Assembly (NCBI GenBank): GCA_035458525.1
Contig: DATHZQ010000040.1
Span: 7,964-71,963 of the forward strand
From: Acidimicrobiia bacterium
GTDB lineage: Bacteria > Actinomycetota > Acidimicrobiia > Spongiisociales > UBA5794
DNA length: 64,000 nucleotides
Direction: 5' to 3'
Position numbers and translations under genes: made by a program. Below the pieces are notes generated by a model. It was given only the letters and a program-made list of their open reading frames with translations, was not told the DNA's origin and searched no databases. Below, piece by piece: positions 1 to 9,800 of this stretch. Position 1 is the stretch's first letter; each line of letters starts with the position of its first letter.

Positions 1-1943
1 TCGAGACGACCGTAGGTCGTGCCATGATGAACGCGGCGTTCCCGTCGTCGTTCCCGTACATCGACTCGGTGGTCCTCAAAGCCGACATCCGCACGCTGAT
101 CGAGGAGCTCATCGACCGGTACGACAAGCCGGACGTGGCACGGACGCTCGACAACATCAAGGATCTCGGGTTCCACTTCGCCACGCGCGCCGGCCTGACC
201 ATCGGGCTGGAGGACGTGAAGACGCCGCCGGAGAAGCACGCGATCATCGCCAAGTTCGAAGAACGTGCCGCCAAGGTCGAGACGCTCTACCAGAAGGGCG
301 TCATCACCGACGACGAACGGCGCCAGGAGCTCATCGAGATCTGGACCGAGGCGACGGACGAGGTAAAAGACGCCATGCAGGCGACCCTCGAGGCTGAGCG
401 CTTCAATCCGATGGACATGATGGTTCGTTCCGGCGCACGCGGGAACATGATGCAGCTTCGGCAGATCGCCGGTATGCGCGGACTCGTAGCCAACCCGAAG
501 GGCGACATCATCCCGCAACCGATCAAGGCGAACTTCCGCGAGGGCCTGTCGGTGCTCGAGTACTTCATCTCGACGCACGGCGCCCGCAAGGGTCTGGCCG
601 ACACTGCGTTGCGTACGGCCGACTCCGGGTACCTGACGCGCCGCCTCGTGGATGTCTCGCAGGAGATCATCATCCACACCGAGGAGACGGACGATCCTGG
701 CTTGCTGGTCGTGATCCGCGAGGAGGACGGGAAGCCGATTCGCAATCTTCGCAACCGCGTCTTCGGGCGGGTGCTTGCTGAGGATGTCAAGGTTGGGCGG
801 ACGATCGTTGAGACGACCCACGGCGACAAGCTCCGCGCCGGCCGTCTGATCGACCGGGACGTGATGCAGGCGCTCCGCGACGCGGACGGGGTCAACGAGG
901 TGCGGGTCCGCTCGCCGCTCACCGACCAATCGCGTCACGGCATCAGCGTGGCTTCCTACGGCCTGAGCCTGGCGACAGGCCGCATGGTCGAGGTCGGCGA
1001 AGCGGTCGGCATCATGGCCGCACAGTCGATCGGTGAGCCGGGCACGCAGCTGACGATGCGTACGTTCCACACCGGCGGTGTCGCCGGCGAGGACATCACG
1101 CACGGTCTGCCTCGCGTCGTCGAGCTCTTCGAAGCTCGCACGCCGAAGGGCAAGGCGATCCTGTCTGAGCACGGTGGTGCCGTCCAGATCGTCGATGACG
1201 AGGAGGGTCGCCGCATCGTGGTGTCCGACAAGGACATCGAAGCGGAGTACCCGCTGCCACGCCGTGCTCGCCTCAGGGTGGCCGCGGGCGACATCATCGA
1301 GCCGGGGACTCAGCTCACCGAGGGTCCGCTGGACCCGAAGGAGGTGCTCGAGATCCAGGGCGTGCGCGCCTGTCAGCGTTACCTCGTGGACCAGGTCCAG
1401 GAGGTGTACCGCAGCCAGGGCGTGGACATCCACGACAAGCACATCGAGCTGATCGTGCGTCAGATGCTCCGGCGAGTTCGGGTGGTGAGCTCGGGAGATT
1501 CCGGGTTCCTGCCGGCCGAGCTGGTCGACACACAGGAGTTCCGCGAGGTCAACAAGACACTCGTGGCCGACGGCAAGACTCCCGCCGAGGGCCGCCCCGA
1601 GCTGATGGGTATCACCAAAGCCTCGCTGGCGACGGACTCGTGGCTGTCGGCGGCGTCGTTCCAGGAGACCACGCGGGTGCTCACGGAAGCGTCGCTGCAG
1701 TCCAAGTCGGACTTCATGCGCGGTCTGAAGGAGAACGTCATCATCGGGAAGCTGATCCCAGCTGGTACGGGGAGCGACTCGTATCAGATGATCGAGCCGG
1801 CACTGCCGGATGCGACCGTCGTGAGTGCGCTCGGCTTGTTCGGCGATTCGCCGGTCGAGAGTGCAGACGAAACGCTGCCGGCCAATCCGGCCGAGTGGCT
1901 CGCAAGCCTGGGTGCCCAGACCGAGAGCCCCGACGCCGAATAG
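1..1943 (+). CDS. rpoC: DNA-directed RNA polymerase beta-prime subunit, C-terminal ~640 aa (5' end upstream of window)
   Basis: ORF 24..1943 stays open to the window edge. Conserved beta-prime blocks: RSGARGNMMQLRQIAGMRGL, ADTALRTADSGYLTRRLVDV, AAQSIGEPGTQLTMRTFHTGG, TKASLATDSWLSAASFQETTRVLTEA. Confidence 0.97.
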   Translation, partial: ETTVGRAMMNAAFPSSFPYIDSVVLKADIRTLIEELIDRYDKPDVARTLDNIKDLGFHFATRAGLTIGLEDVKTPPEKHAIIAKFEERAAKVETLYQKGVITDDERRQELIEIWTEATDEVKDAMQATLEAERFNPMDMMVRSGARGNMMQLRQIAGMRGLVANPKGDIIPQPIKANFREGLSVLEYFISTHGARKGLADTALRTADSGYLTRRLVDVSQEIIIHTEETDDPGLLVVIREEDGKPIRNLRNRVFGRVLAEDVKVGRTIVETTHGDKLRAGRLIDRDVMQALRDADGVNEVRVRSPLTDQSRHGISVASYGLSLATGRMVEVGEAVGIMAAQSIGEPGTQLTMRTFHTGGVAGEDITHGLPRVVELFEARTPKGKAILSEHGGAVQIVDDEEGRRIVVSDKDIEAEYPLPRRARLRVAAGDIIEPGTQLTEGPLDPKEVLEIQGVRACQRYLVDQVQEVYRSQGVDIHDKHIELIVRQMLRRVRVVSSGDSGFLPAELVDTQEFREVNKTLVADGKTPAEGRPELMGITKASLATDSWLSAASFQETTRVLTEASLQSKSDFMRGLKENVIIGKLIPAGTGSDSYQMIEPALPDATVVSALGLFGDSPVESADETLPANPAEWLASLGAQTESPDAE

Positions 1944-1965
1944 GCGGCTACCGACCACAACGCAG

Positions 1966-1991
1966 GAAGGGCGGCCCTCGGGTCGCCCTTC
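1966..1991 (+). terminator. GC-rich hairpin after rpoC (possible terminator)
   Basis: GAAGGGCG-N10-CGCCCTTC, a perfect 8-bp stem 23 nt after the rpoC stop. No clear U-tract. Confidence 0.4.
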
Positions 1992-2015
1992 GGCGCGTCT
2001 GCGGTAGCCTGCGCG

Positions 2016-2744
2016 GTGATGCAGCTGGTCGCCGAGTCCATCTACCGCCTCGGGCGGAAGCACCACAACTTCTATGCCGTCGTCGACGGCCGGCGCGTGA
2101 CCGTCATCGACGCTGGAGGGAGCAGGGAGCTGCCGCTGCTCGAAGCAGGTCTGCAGAGCATCGGCCTCGGACTCAACGCCGTGGAAGCCGTCCTGCTGAC
2201 CCACGGCCACTCGGATCACGTCGGGTTTGCACGTGAGGTCTCCGAATCCGGTGTTCCGGTGATGGCCCACGAGGCAGAAGCCGCGTTCCTGACGGATGGC
2301 TCGCGGGGGAGCCAGGTGCAACCCATGGACCTGCCCCTGTGGCGCCGCCAGACGATGGCGTTCCTCGCCGAGATGATACGTGCCGGAGCGGCGCAGGAGT
2401 ATCGATTGCGTTCGGTGCAGACGCTGACCGACGGCGAGGTCGTCGACATCCCCGGAAAGCCGCGGACGCTGGCAACACCCGGGCACACGGCCGGCCATGC
2501 TGCGTACATCCTCGAGGATCGGCGAGTGGTGTTCAGCGGCGATGCGCTCGTGACCGACGGGCTCATCCACTCCGCAACCGGCCCCCAGATGCTCGGCGAC
2601 GTGTTCCACCATGACGTTGCCCTGGCGCGGGCATCGCTGCGGCGTTTCGGCGGCCAGTCGACCGACGTCCTGCTGCCCGGTCACGGCACTCCGTGGTACG
2701 GCCCCATCGCCCAGGCCGTGGCCCAGGCCCGCGCTGCGCTCTGA
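2016..2744 (+). CDS. MBL-fold metallo-hydrolase
   Basis: 242-aa ORF with the HxHxDH metal motif (LLTHGHSDHVGF) and a later TPGHTAGH. Confidence 0.85.
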   Translation: MMQLVAESIYRLGRKHHNFYAVVDGRRVTVIDAGGSRELPLLEAGLQSIGLGLNAVEAVLLTHGHSDHVGFAREVSESGVPVMAHEAEAAFLTDGSRGSQVQPMDLPLWRRQTMAFLAEMIRAGAAQEYRLRSVQTLTDGEVVDIPGKPRTLATPGHTAGHAAYILEDRRVVFSGDALVTDGLIHSATGPQMLGDVFHHDVALARASLRRFGGQSTDVLLPGHGTPWYGPIAQAVAQARAAL

Positions 2745-2769
2745 CGGCTGGCCACGGTACGCTCAATGC

Positions 2770-4983
2770 ATGAATGAGCGCACCACGGCATACCGAACCT
2801 GTCCGCTCTGCGAGGCGACCTGTGGCCTCGAGATCACCCTCGATGGCGAGTCGGTCGTGCGCATTCGCGGCGATCGCGACGACGTATTCAGCCACGGGTT
2901 CATCTGCCCCAAGGGCTCCACCTTGAAGCAGCTCGAGGCCGACCCTGATCGACTGCGTCAACCGTTGATCAAGCGCAACGGCCGGCACGAGCCGGCGTCG
3001 TGGGACGAGGCGTTTGCCCTGATCGACGAGCAGCTGCGCACCATCATGGGTGCCCAGGGTTCGGACGCCGTTGGCGTCTACCTCGGCAACCCAAACGTGC
3101 ACTCGATGTCGGGTCCGCTCTACAACCGTGTGCTGCTCAAGGCGCTCCAGTCCAAGAACATCTTCAGCGCCAGCACCGTGGATCAAATGCCGAAGCACGT
3201 TTCCGCGGGGTTCATGTTCGGTCATCCCGACTTGATTCCGGTGCCTGACCTCGACCGCACCTCGTACCTGCTGATGCTCGGGGCCAATCCGTTCGAGTCG
3301 AATGGGAGCTTGGCGACGGCACCGGATTGGCCGGGCCGGATGGAGGCGATCAGCGAACGCGGCGGCAAAGTGGTCGTTGTCGATCCTCGGCGAACGAAAA
3401 CGGCCGCGGTGGCTGACGAGCACGTCTTCATTCGTCCGGGGACGGATGCGCTCCTGCTGTTCGCGATGGTGCACACACTCTTCGAGGAGCACCTCGTTGC
3501 GCCTGGCGAACTGGGTGAGCAGCTGCGTGGCCTGGATCAGGTGGGAGCTGCTGCCGAGGCGTTCACCCCCGAACGGGTCGCGTCGGCGTGCGGCGTCGAG
3601 GCGGCCACCATTCGACGTCTGGCTCGCGAATTGGCCGCCGCAGACACGGGGGTCGTGTACGGACGCATCGGGACGCACACCGCGGAATTCGGCACGCTGG
3701 CGGCGTGGCTCGTCGACGTGCTCAATGCGCTGACGGGCAACCTCGACCGGCCCGGAGGGGCGATGTTCTCCCGCGCTGCGCACGAGCAACCCCGTTCGAA
3801 GCGAGGGTGGTCGACCGGCCGCTGGACGAGCCGTGCCGAGGGCTTGCCCGAGGTCCGCGGCGAGCTGCCCGTTTCGACGCTGGCTGCCGAGATCGAGACG
3901 CCGGGCGAGGGGCAGGTGCGCGCCCTCATCACCATTGCGGGGAATCCGGTGTTGTCGACGCCCGATGGCGACCGGCTGGATGCGGCCTTGACCTCGCTCG
4001 AGTTCATGGTGAGTGTTGATCTCTACCTCAACGAGACCACCCGGCACGCCGACGTCATCCTGCCGGGTTCATCGCCGCTGCGCCGCCCCCACTACGACTT
4101 CGCCTTCACACAGCTGTCCATTCGCAACGTGGCGAACTACTCCCCGGCCGTACTCCCGGTCCCGGCAGAGTCCTTGGAGGAGTGGGAGGTGCTGCTGCGG
4201 CTCGCCACGATCGTCTCCGGGATGGGTGTCGCTGCCGATCTGGACGCCCTCGATGACATGGTGTTGGGACGCCTCATCGCACAGGCCGTTGGGAACCCGG
4301 ATTCCCCGCTGATGGGGAGGGATCCTGCCGACATCACCACGATGACCGACGGTGAGCGGGGACCCGACCGACTGCTGGACTTCCTCGTGCGGAGCGGTCC
4401 GTACGGTGACGCCTACGGCGCCGATCCGGACGGCCTCACCCTGGCACGCCTGCAGGCTGCACCGCACGGAATCGACTTCGGTCCACTCCAACCGCGGATC
4501 CCGGACGGTCTGGCGACACCGTCCGGCAAAATCGAGCTGGCGCCCGAGGCCATCATGGCCGACGTCGCTCGGCTGGACCGAGCGGCCGACCGTACACCCA
4601 ACGGACACATGGTCCTGATCGGGCGGCGTCATCTGCGGTCCAACAACTCGTGGATGCACAACATCGACGTGCTGGTCAAAGGAAAGCCACGCTGCACGCT
4701 CCAAATCCACCCGAGCGACGCCACGAAGTTGGGCGTCACCGACGCCGCCAAGGTCACGTCGACGAGCGGTTCGGTGATCGCCGATGTCGAGATCACCGAC
4801 ACGATCATGCCCGGCGTCGTGAGCCTGCCGCACGGCTGGGGCCACGACATGGACGGCGCCCAACTGTCGGTGGCGTCGACCCGCCCGGGCGTGAACTCCA
4901 ACAAGCTCACCCCGGGTGCGATTGATCCGTTGAGCGGCAACGCCATCCTCAACGGCATCCCGGTAGAGGTGACCCCGGCCTGA
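2770..4983 (+). CDS. Molybdopterin-dependent oxidoreductase (formate-dehydrogenase-like MopB family)
   Basis: ORF 2611..4983 trimmed to the in-frame ATG at 2770. The N-terminal Cys cluster CPLCEATCGLEI is typical of the 4Fe-4S domain. Length (~737 aa) and C-terminal barrel region (VVSLPHGWGH) fit the family. Confidence 0.85.
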   Translation: MNERTTAYRTCPLCEATCGLEITLDGESVVRIRGDRDDVFSHGFICPKGSTLKQLEADPDRLRQPLIKRNGRHEPASWDEAFALIDEQLRTIMGAQGSDAVGVYLGNPNVHSMSGPLYNRVLLKALQSKNIFSASTVDQMPKHVSAGFMFGHPDLIPVPDLDRTSYLLMLGANPFESNGSLATAPDWPGRMEAISERGGKVVVVDPRRTKTAAVADEHVFIRPGTDALLLFAMVHTLFEEHLVAPGELGEQLRGLDQVGAAAEAFTPERVASACGVEAATIRRLARELAAADTGVVYGRIGTHTAEFGTLAAWLVDVLNALTGNLDRPGGAMFSRAAHEQPRSKRGWSTGRWTSRAEGLPEVRGELPVSTLAAEIETPGEGQVRALITIAGNPVLSTPDGDRLDAALTSLEFMVSVDLYLNETTRHADVILPGSSPLRRPHYDFAFTQLSIRNVANYSPAVLPVPAESLEEWEVLLRLATIVSGMGVAADLDALDDMVLGRLIAQAVGNPDSPLMGRDPADITTMTDGERGPDRLLDFLVRSGPYGDAYGADPDGLTLARLQAAPHGIDFGPLQPRIPDGLATPSGKIELAPEAIMADVARLDRAADRTPNGHMVLIGRRHLRSNNSWMHNIDVLVKGKPRCTLQIHPSDATKLGVTDAAKVTSTSGSVIADVEITDTIMPGVVSLPHGWGHDMDGAQLSVASTRPGVNSNKLTPGAIDPLSGNAILNGIPVEVTPA

Positions 4984-4984
4984 A

Positions 4985-5040
4985 CCCCCTACCCCCGCCT
5001 TCGGCGGCGGTACCTTCCCCCAGCCTTTGGCTGGGGGACT
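4985..5040 (-). repeat. REP-like structured intergenic repeat, copy A (inverted relative to copies B and C)
   Basis: Reverse complement reads GTCCCCCAGCCAAAGGCTGGGGGAAGGTACCGCCGCCGAAGGCGGGGGTAGGGGG. This is near-identical in modules to 43889..43944. Confidence 0.75.
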
Positions 5041-5062
5041 ATTCGGGGTTTCGGTTGGAGGA

Positions 5063-5128
5063 CATGGTCCCCCGATTGCGGGGGAAGGTGCCGCAGATGG
5101 AGCGGAGCGGAGTCTGGGGTAGGGGGTC
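5063..5128 (+). repeat. REP-like structured intergenic repeat, copy B
   Basis: CATGGTCCCCCGATTGCGGGGGAAGGTGCCGC...TCTGGGGTAGGGGGT. Shares the CATGGTCCCCC, GGGGGAAGGTNCCGC and TAGGGGGT modules with copy C. Forms an inverted pair with copy A. Confidence 0.7.
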
Positions 5129-5166
5129 GTGGGACCCCGGCCGGGCGAAGCTTGTTCCGGCCGCAA

Positions 5167-5688
5167 TCAGTCGAGGAGCTTGCTGTAGCGCACCACGGGG
5201 CGGGTTTCGTTGGAACCGGCGGGGTGGTCGCGCCTCTCGCCGTCTGCGACCCAGCCCTCCCGTTCGTAGAAGGCTCGCGTGGCGGAATTGGTCTCGAGGA
5301 CCCACAGAATCGCCATGTCGTAGCCTGCAGTGCGCCAGTGCTCCTCCGCCGCACCGATGAGTTGGCGGCCGATGCCGCGACCGAGGTAGTCCTCGAGCAG
5401 GTAGATCATCAGCAGTTCTGCGCATCGCTCCGAAACATCGTCGTCGCGCGCCCGACTCGAGGCCGCAAAGCCGACGATCTCGCCGTCTTCTTCTGCGACC
5501 CAGGCTACGAAATCGTTGCTCGACTCCTCGGTGAGCCAGGCGCGCCATGCCTTACCCCGGGACGTGGGCCGCAAACTGTCGAGCAGGTCGTCCGGCATGT
5601 GTCCTCGATAGGCCCATTGCCACGAGGAAACATGAACCTCCCCGAGGCGCGGTGCGTCGTCAGGCGTTGGCCGGCGGATCACTGCCAT
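5167..5688 (-). CDS. GNAT family N-acetyltransferase
   Basis: ORF 5167..5817 trimmed to MAVIRRPTPDD. GNAT core region: LLEDYLGRGIGRQLIGAAEEHW. Confidence 0.8.
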   Translation of the reverse strand: MAVIRRPTPDDAPRLGEVHVSSWQWAYRGHMPDDLLDSLRPTSRGKAWRAWLTEESSNDFVAWVAEEDGEIVGFAASSRARDDDVSERCAELLMIYLLEDYLGRGIGRQLIGAAEEHWRTAGYDMAILWVLETNSATRAFYEREGWVADGERRDHPAGSNETRPVVRYSKLLD

Positions 5689-5735
5689 TGGCGGCGAGGG
5701 TAGCGACGGCAGCTCGCTACCCGGGTTGCACCCTC

Positions 5736-7028
5736 CTATGGACCTGCCAGCGTCTCGACGGACTCCGTGTGGCCGCGCAGGTCGCGCTCGGTCAGCCGCA
5801 TCGGCTTGTACTGCCACGTGGCGTACAGCTCGAGCTGATCGGCGAAGTGCGGGCTGGCTGGGTCGCCGCTCTGGCCGGGTGAGATGACGTTCTCGGCCGA
5901 CAGGCGGCTGCCTGCCCCCAGGTACACGATCTGGTTGTAGGTTCCGCGGTTCACCCAGATCGTGTCAGGCACGGTGCCGACGCCGACCGGACTCCATGAG
6001 ATCACCGAGATCGGCTGCTGCCAATCGTCCGGGTCATCGCTCCCAAAGGCGGCTTCCAACGAGTCGATCGCCGCAATCAACGACGCAGTGGTCGCCTGCG
6101 CAACCGATTCCCCGTCCAGATAGTCGTGCACGAGAGGGAGTCCGGCGGCGGATCCTGCATACATCCGGTCGATGAGATTGCCGATGACGAAGCGGTCGAT
6201 CAAGGCCGCGGTGTCGTCGGCGAACACCCGGTCGCTCAACGCCGACCACCAGGCATTGAAGATCGTTCCTCCGGGGTGGTCGTAGTAGCCGTCACCGTCA
6301 CGGTCGGTCTGCAGGTGATCCCAGTTCTTCAGCAGATGGGCGATGGCATCGAGTCGTGGATCGGCGGTACGGTCGACGCTGGCCAACATCTCGTCGAAGT
6401 AGCTGCTGACGAACACCGAGCTCGCTTGACCCGAGGGTGTGTCGGTGGTCCACCCGCCGGTGCGATTCAACAACTCGAGTGTCCGAGTCGTCGCCGTGCC
6501 GGGTGCAACGCCTTCGAGGAAGTCCATGAAGGTGTTGACGCGGTGTGCGCCGCCCCATCGCCAGAAGTCGGCTGATGAGTTCGCCCATCCGGGCGCCGGC
6601 TTGTTGTTCCAACTCGCCAACCAACCCTGGTCAGGGTTGCGGCTGTGCGGGTTCTGGTCGAACGGCAGGATGCCTTGCCACTCGTACTCCCCGGTGCCCG
6701 GCGTCGGGAACAGCGGGTTGGCTCCTGCGGCGCGGACGGGCACATGCCCGATGTGCCAGTACGCGATATTGCCGTCGTCATCGGCGTACAGGACGTTGAA
6801 GTTGTAGGCCACGTCGTCGAGCCCGGCTGCGAACTCGTCGATGTTGGAGGCGGTGCCGAGCCTGGTCCATGCGTTCAGCGACTCCAGCTCGTGTCCGAAC
6901 GTGACGTTCTGGAGCGCATAGGCGGCGCCGGCGTCGGCGAAGATCACGTGACCGTGGACGGTTGTACACATCGTTTGCGGTACGGCCGCAGCACCGGCGA
7001 CCGGGATCGTCTCGACTCTGCAATCCAT
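5736..7028 (-). pseudogene. Penicillin-acylase (Ntn-hydrolase, S45) family remnant: C-terminal ~two-thirds of the beta chain only
   Basis: Aligns by eye to the E. coli PGA beta chain from ...TVHG... onward (NFNVLYADDDGNIAYWHIGHVPVR, PGTGEYEWQGILPF, NPDQGWLASWNNKP, VISPGQSGD). The alpha chain, spacer and catalytic N-terminal Ser region are missing. The ORF's upstream 66 codons are antisense to the M50 gene and are not acylase-like. Confidence 0.7.
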
Positions 7029-7058
7029 GTCGACCGCTGTGCCATTAGCCTCCGGGCC

Positions 7059-7778
7059 GTGCTCAAGTTCTCTCTCGGCGACGTGCCGGTTCGTGTCCAC
7101 TTCTCGTTCTTGCTGATCGCGTTCATCTTCCCCGCCGACCGTCTCGTCGATCGGGGGGCCTGGGTGCTCGTCGCGTTCCTGGCGATCCTGTTGCACGAGG
7201 CCGGGCATGCGTTCTCGGCACGCCACTATGGCGCCGAACCGGTGACCATCACCCTCTTTGCGCTGGGTGGGGTCACGGTGTACCCAGCCACGAAGGATCT
7301 GACGGCACCGCGCCGACTCGTCATCTCGGCAATGGGATCGATCGTTGGCATCGTTACCGGCGGCATCGTGCTGCTCATGGCCCGTGCCGGTGTGTTCGAC
7401 AATGCCAGCGCAGTGGTCGAAGTCGCAGTTACAGGATTCGTGTGGGCGTCGCTCGGATGGGGACTGCTCAACTGGATTCCGATTCGTCCGCTCGACGGCG
7501 GAGCGATGCTCACGAGCTTCCTCGAGATCGTCTGGCCGAGCCGGGCCCTCATTGCCGCCAAGGTCGTTTCGGTCATCTTCGGTGTCGGGGCCGCATATCT
7601 CCTATGGCAATTCGACTCTCCGTTCGGCGCCGTGTTCGTCCTCTTCATCATGATGATGGGCCTGGGGGGTCGTGACGGGGCACCGGACGACGAGGACGAG
7701 GCCGCGATCTCCCCCGAGGTCGTCGATCCCGAGCCACGTCGGGTGAGCGACGACCCGCCCCCCGAGTTCCCGATCTGA
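7059..7778 (+). CDS. Site-2 protease (M50) family membrane metalloprotease
   Basis: ORF 6645..7778 trimmed to the in-frame GTG at 7059. HEAGHA zinc motif, NWIPIRPLDGG second motif, several hydrophobic spans. Confidence 0.8.
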   Translation: MLKFSLGDVPVRVHFSFLLIAFIFPADRLVDRGAWVLVAFLAILLHEAGHAFSARHYGAEPVTITLFALGGVTVYPATKDLTAPRRLVISAMGSIVGIVTGGIVLLMARAGVFDNASAVVEVAVTGFVWASLGWGLLNWIPIRPLDGGAMLTSFLEIVWPSRALIAAKVVSVIFGVGAAYLLWQFDSPFGAVFVLFIMMMGLGGRDGAPDDEDEAAISPEVVDPEPRRVSDDPPPEFPI

Positions 7779-7829
7779 CACGGTGCTTTGCGGCCGCCCG
7801 ACGTGCCGCCGCGGGGCGCATCTACTAAG

Positions 7830-7841
7830 TTGTCTATACAG
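7830..7841. promoter_or_regulatory. Putative HutC/GntR (DasR/NagR-like) operator
   Basis: TTGTCTATACAG, 53 nt upstream of the 7894 start. Same core as the twin sites at 25457..25486. Confidence 0.5.
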
Positions 7842-7893
7842 GTTGCCACGGTGTCGATGACACTCCGGCTGGTCGGTGCGAAGGAAGGATCCG

Positions 7894-9093
7894 ATGATGG
7901 AAGGACGCAAGATCTCGATGCTGGGCACCGGCTTGATCGGCGATTTCTACACGATGACCCTGCACGGTCAGCGGAGCCGCGATCGGGTCGACCTCGTCTA
8001 CTCCCGGACGGCCGAGCGCGGTGAGGCGTTTGCGTCGCGGTGGGACATCCCGCGCAGCACGACGAGCTTGGAAGAAGCCGTCACCGACCCGGCGACGGAC
8101 ACCGTGGTCGTCGGGCTCCCGAACTTCCTCCACGAGGAAGCCATCGCCATGGCGGCCGACGCCGGCAAGGCGATCCTCTGCACCAAGCCGCTGGCGACCT
8201 CGGGCCAGGAGGCCAAACGCATCCTCGACAAGGTCGAGTCGGCAGGCGTGTTCGCGGGTTACCTGGAAGATCTCTGCTACACGCCCAAGACCCTCAAGGC
8301 GATCGCCGCCGTGCAAGGCGGGTCGATCGGCGACGTGACGTGGGTGCGGTCCCGCGAGACCCATCCAGGACCCCACAGTGCATGGTTCTGGGACAAGGAC
8401 AAGGCGGGTGGCGGCGCCATCGTCGATCTCGGCTGTCATTGCATCGAGATCATCCGCAGCTTCGTCGGCAAGGGCAACCGACCCGTCGAGGTGATGGCGT
8501 GGACAGACACGCTCGTCCATCCAATCAAGGCCGAGGACAACGCCGTCGTCTTGATCAAGTTCGAGTCGGGGGCGCTCGGCCAGTTCGAGGTGAGCTGGAC
8601 GTTCCGCGGTGGGATGGATCTGCGCGACGAGGTTGCCGGTACCGAAGGGACGATCTGGCTGAACCATTTCCTCCGCACGGGGTATGAGATGTACACCACA
8701 GGCGGCGGCGGCGGCTACGTCGCGGAGAAGCTCGAATCGTCGGAGGGATGGCTGTTCCCGGTGGGGGACGAGGTGGCCGAGCTCGGCTACGTGGACATGT
8801 TCACCGACATGTTCGAGTCGATGGAGAGCGGCACCGAACCGCGCGAGACGTTCTACGACGGCTATGTCGTGAACACCATCATGGATGCCGCCTACCGCTC
8901 TGCCGAGTCCCGGCAATGGGAGCCGGTCGATGTCGAATGGCGTGGCGGCACGACACCGCGGATCGCCAAGGACGTTGCCACGCATGAAGGGCATGCGATC
9001 GTGAAAGAGGAGATCCTGCCGGACGGGCGGCGCAAGCTGATGCTCAGCCACAACGAGACCGGGGCAGTCTTCGATCTGGTCACCGAGGGGTAG
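7894..9093 (+). CDS. Gfo/Idh/MocA family oxidoreductase
   Basis: ORF 7876..9093. GGAAGGA sits 5 nt before the ATG at 7894. N-terminal Rossmann motif [13 protein letters not shown]; ~400 aa. Confidence 0.85.
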   Translation: MMEGRKISMLGTGLIGDFYTMTLHGQRSRDRVDLVYSRTAERGEAFASRWDIPRSTTSLEEAVTDPATDTVVVGLPNFLHEEAIAMAADAGKAILCTKPLATSGQEAKRILDKVESAGVFAGYLEDLCYTPKTLKAIAAVQGGSIGDVTWVRSRETHPGPHSAWFWDKDKAGGGAIVDLGCHCIEIIRSFVGKGNRPVEVMAWTDTLVHPIKAEDNAVVLIKFESGALGQFEVSWTFRGGMDLRDEVAGTEGTIWLNHFLRTGYEMYTTGGGGGYVAEKLESSEGWLFPVGDEVAELGYVDMFTDMFESMESGTEPRETFYDGYVVNTIMDAAYRSAESRQWEPVDVEWRGGTTPRIAKDVATHEGHAIVKEEILPDGRRKLMLSHNETGAVFDLVTEG

Positions 9094-9107
9094 CTATCGA
9101 CGTCCAG

Positions 9108-9797
9108 GTGCTCCCGATCGCCGATTGGGGCGATGGGATTGGCCGCAGGCTCTTCGAGGCGATCGCGGCCCGGCCCGCTCTCAGGCTGTGCCTGCCCACG
9201 GGCAGTACGCCCATGCCGGCGTATCGCTCATTCGCCCACCGGGGAGGGAGCTTGCGTGACGCGACCGTCTTCCTGCTCGACGAGTTCGGTTTGCCTCCCG
9301 GCCACCCGGCGCGCGGTGACTCGATGATTCGGCGCACCTTGCTGGATCATCTCGAGGGACCGCCGCAGCACATGCATGCCCTGGATCCGGCGGCATCAGA
9401 TCTTGTCGCCGAATGTCACCGCTACGAGGCCGCCGTCTTGGACGGTGGGCTCGACCTGACGCTGCTGGGGCTCGGCGGCAACGGGCATCTCGGGCTCAAC
9501 GAGCCGGGGTCGGAGCGTGCGACGCGGACTCGGCGGGTCGCGTTGGCGGCGGAGACGATCGAGCATGCCGAGGAGTACGGGTCGGGTGAGCGTCCGGCGT
9601 GGGGCCTCACGATGGGGATCGGGACGATCCTCGAGAGCCGGGAGGTCTGGCTACTGGTCACCGGCGCCCACAAAGCAGCAATCTTGCGCCGGGCCCTGTC
9701 GGGGCCGATCGGCGCCGAGGTGCCCGCGTCGTACCTGCGCACGCATCGGAATGCACTGGTCCTCGCCGACGAGGCGGCAGCCGTACAACTCGGCTGA
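9108..9797 (+). CDS. Glucosamine-6-phosphate deaminase / 6-phosphogluconolactonase family protein (NagB-like)
   Basis: LPTGSTP and LGLGGNGHLGLNEPGS motifs. GTG start 14 nt after the upstream stop. Confidence 0.8.
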   Translation: MLPIADWGDGIGRRLFEAIAARPALRLCLPTGSTPMPAYRSFAHRGGSLRDATVFLLDEFGLPPGHPARGDSMIRRTLLDHLEGPPQHMHALDPAASDLVAECHRYEAAVLDGGLDLTLLGLGGNGHLGLNEPGSERATRTRRVALAAETIEHAEEYGSGERPAWGLTMGIGTILESREVWLLVTGAHKAAILRRALSGPIGAEVPASYLRTHRNALVLADEAAAVQLG

Positions 9798-9800
9798 GCT

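Noticed and set aside
2563-4047. 494-aa minus-strand ORF antisense to the molybdopterin oxidoreductase. Similar long antisense or off-frame ORFs occur at 4069..5166, 7834..9051, 9810..10901, 12190..13197, 20549..22171, 22120..23382, 29685..31451 and 61725..63527.
   Set aside because: Their composition is Arg/Gly/Pro/His-rich and lacks recognisable motifs. They lie opposite genes with strong family signatures. Long stop-free shadow frames are expected at this GC content.
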